44,923 bases of DNA. It comes from Minisyncoccia bacterium. Its GTDB lineage: Bacteria > Patescibacteriota > Minisyncoccia > Phycocordibacterales > Phycocordibacteraceae. The stretch lies in NCBI GenBank assembly GCA_038228545.1, contig JBBRPE010000001.1, forward strand, positions 1-44,923, read 5' to 3'. This document shows, in pieces, positions 43,649-44,923 of this stretch. The number at the start of each line of letters is the position of its first letter. The stretch's first letter is position 1. The notes beneath the pieces were generated by a model, which did not search any database, was not told the origin of the DNA, and saw only the letters and a list, made by a program, of their open reading frames with translations. Position numbers and translations under genes: made by a program.

Positions 43649-44923
43649 ATGGCATACGACTCTGAACCTGAGAAAGAGCAGTTACGTAAAGAGGCTGAGC
43701 GCGATACACAGAAAGCGCTTGAGCGGGAAGAACGTCAGAAAAAGGAACGCGAGGAACAGCACAAAGAAACGTTACGACGGAAACTTCGGACGGTTCAGGA
43801 TTTGCTTTCGAGTAAAAAACGAGAGCTAGGAGCCATAGAGCTTGAGAGCGATTCTCTCGAGCACATCATACGAGCTGCGCGAATATCTCCTATGCGGGCA
43901 GGAACCAGCACGTCTCGTCAAGCAGAAACAAAAGTACATGAGCTTATCGCTCAATTAGATGAGGTGCGCAGTAGGGTTCGTGCAGCTACCTCTGAAGTAG
44001 AAGAGCATAAGCGAGCCAGCGAAGTATCAAGCAGAGAAGCGGCACGGGGGACGGAAGGAACCTTGGTCGTACAACTTGAGCGTGAGGTTGAACGTGGAAA
44101 ATCTGAAGAACAGACACTTAGTCAGCGCCTTGTCGAACTCGCCCGTTTACTTACCGGCCAGTCGCGTAAGAGTTCCTATGCTCCACCGGACCTCGAAGTT
44201 GCGGCCGAAGAGCGGATAACACGTGATTTACGGACAAAGCTTGCTGGTTCTTTGGCAGAGCTGGAACACGTCTCCGGACTTCTGAGGGATGCACGTGAAC
44301 ATCTCGAAGACGACAAAAGTGCGGAAGGACGCACACGTACCAAAGTCGGACCAGATGACGGCTCGAGTAGAGAAATAGAACGCTCTCTGCGTGAGAAACA
44401 AGCGAGTCTTGAAAAGGTACGTCGTGAATTAACTACTGAAAAAGCAGAGCTCGCCGCGCTTGAAAAAAAGATTGCGGAGCACGAGACACTTTTGGCTTCC
44501 CTCACCCGCGATCTTGATGGCATGAAGCATCAGCTGACTGTTAAAAAATCCGCGGTGGTAAGAGGAGACCCAAGCTTTGCGCATAAAATCGATGCTGAAG
44601 AGCAGGACGTAAAAACGAATACGGAAAAGATTGAGCGACTGGAGCGCACCGTAAACGAAACAAAGATGGAACTTGAAAAGCACAAGAGACTGCTTGAAAT
44701 TCGTAAGCGAGACGTTGAGAGTAAAATAACCGCTCACGAGAATGATACAAAGGTGCTTGAAGAGGAGCGTGACGCGAAACTTCTCGCACAGAAGACACTC
44801 CAAGCCCAGATAGCAGAGGGTGAGCGAAAACTCAGAGAAGCGAAGCGAAAAACCGAACAAGCGGGTGTAAAAAAGGGCGAAGCAACAGAGGAAGAACGTG
44901 AGGCAAAGAAAAGCGAACAGAAC
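43649..44923 (+). CDS. Long coiled-coil protein, 3'-truncated by window end (not in ORF track)
   Basis: ATG 43649 (MAYDSEPEKEQLRKEAE...) open for 425 codons to the end; E/K/R-rich heptads; CATACT box upstream. Confidence 0.85.
   Translation, partial: MAYDSEPEKEQLRKEAERDTQKALEREERQKKEREEQHKETLRRKLRTVQDLLSSKKRELGAIELESDSLEHIIRAARISPMRAGTSTSRQAETKVHELIAQLDEVRSRVRAATSEVEEHKRASEVSSREAARGTEGTLVVQLEREVERGKSEEQTLSQRLVELARLLTGQSRKSSYAPPDLEVAAEERITRDLRTKLAGSLAELEHVSGLLRDAREHLEDDKSAEGRTRTKVGPDDGSSREIERSLREKQASLEKVRRELTTEKAELAALEKKIAEHETLLASLTRDLDGMKHQLTVKKSAVVRGDPSFAHKIDAEEQDVKTNTEKIERLERTVNETKMELEKHKRLLEIRKRDVESKITAHENDTKVLEEERDAKLLAQKTLQAQIAEGERKLREAKRKTEQAGVKKGEATEEEREAKKSEQN

Noticed and set aside
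44151-44860. Minus-strand ORFs at the window end
   Set aside because: Antisense shadows of the + strand coiled-coil ORF starting at 43649.

Overview
Bacterial chromosomal segment, most likely from a Patescibacteria/CPR (Parcubacteria-like) genome. This is inferred from a reduced dcw cluster, a degenerate holB and TANNNT boxes a few nt before many ATGs with few Shine-Dalgarno sites. Layout: (i) 1-4970 is an AT-rich defence island (four-gene winged-helix/HEPN-like operon converging on a C-M-R type II restriction-modification system) bracketed by a perfect 59-bp inverted repeat and fold-back repeats. (ii) 5020-25205 is mostly housekeeping: murF, ftsI, ftsL-like, rsmH, mraZ, greA, mrdA, mreD-like, mreC, two mreB, proS, rseP, frr, holB-like, murA, def, fmt, hpf and a glutaredoxin, interrupted by orphan genes including a beta-barrel-like protein. 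(iii) tRNA-Asn(GTT) at 25282-25353 is followed by a ~12.4-kb array of unrelated cargo genes. These are separated by at least 11 junctions, each a start-less minus-strand peptide tail abutting a remnant of a tRNA 3' end and usually a hairpin, plus four copies of a covarying ~110-135-nt fold-back element. No integrase is present in the window. (iv) 37781-44923 holds a redoxin, HAD and DAGK-like enzymes, a MASE1-like hybrid kinase with a receiver protein, and a coiled-coil ORF running off the end. The tRNA-anchored, integron-like cassette array is the main candidate for an undescribed system. All calls were made by eye, without database searches.
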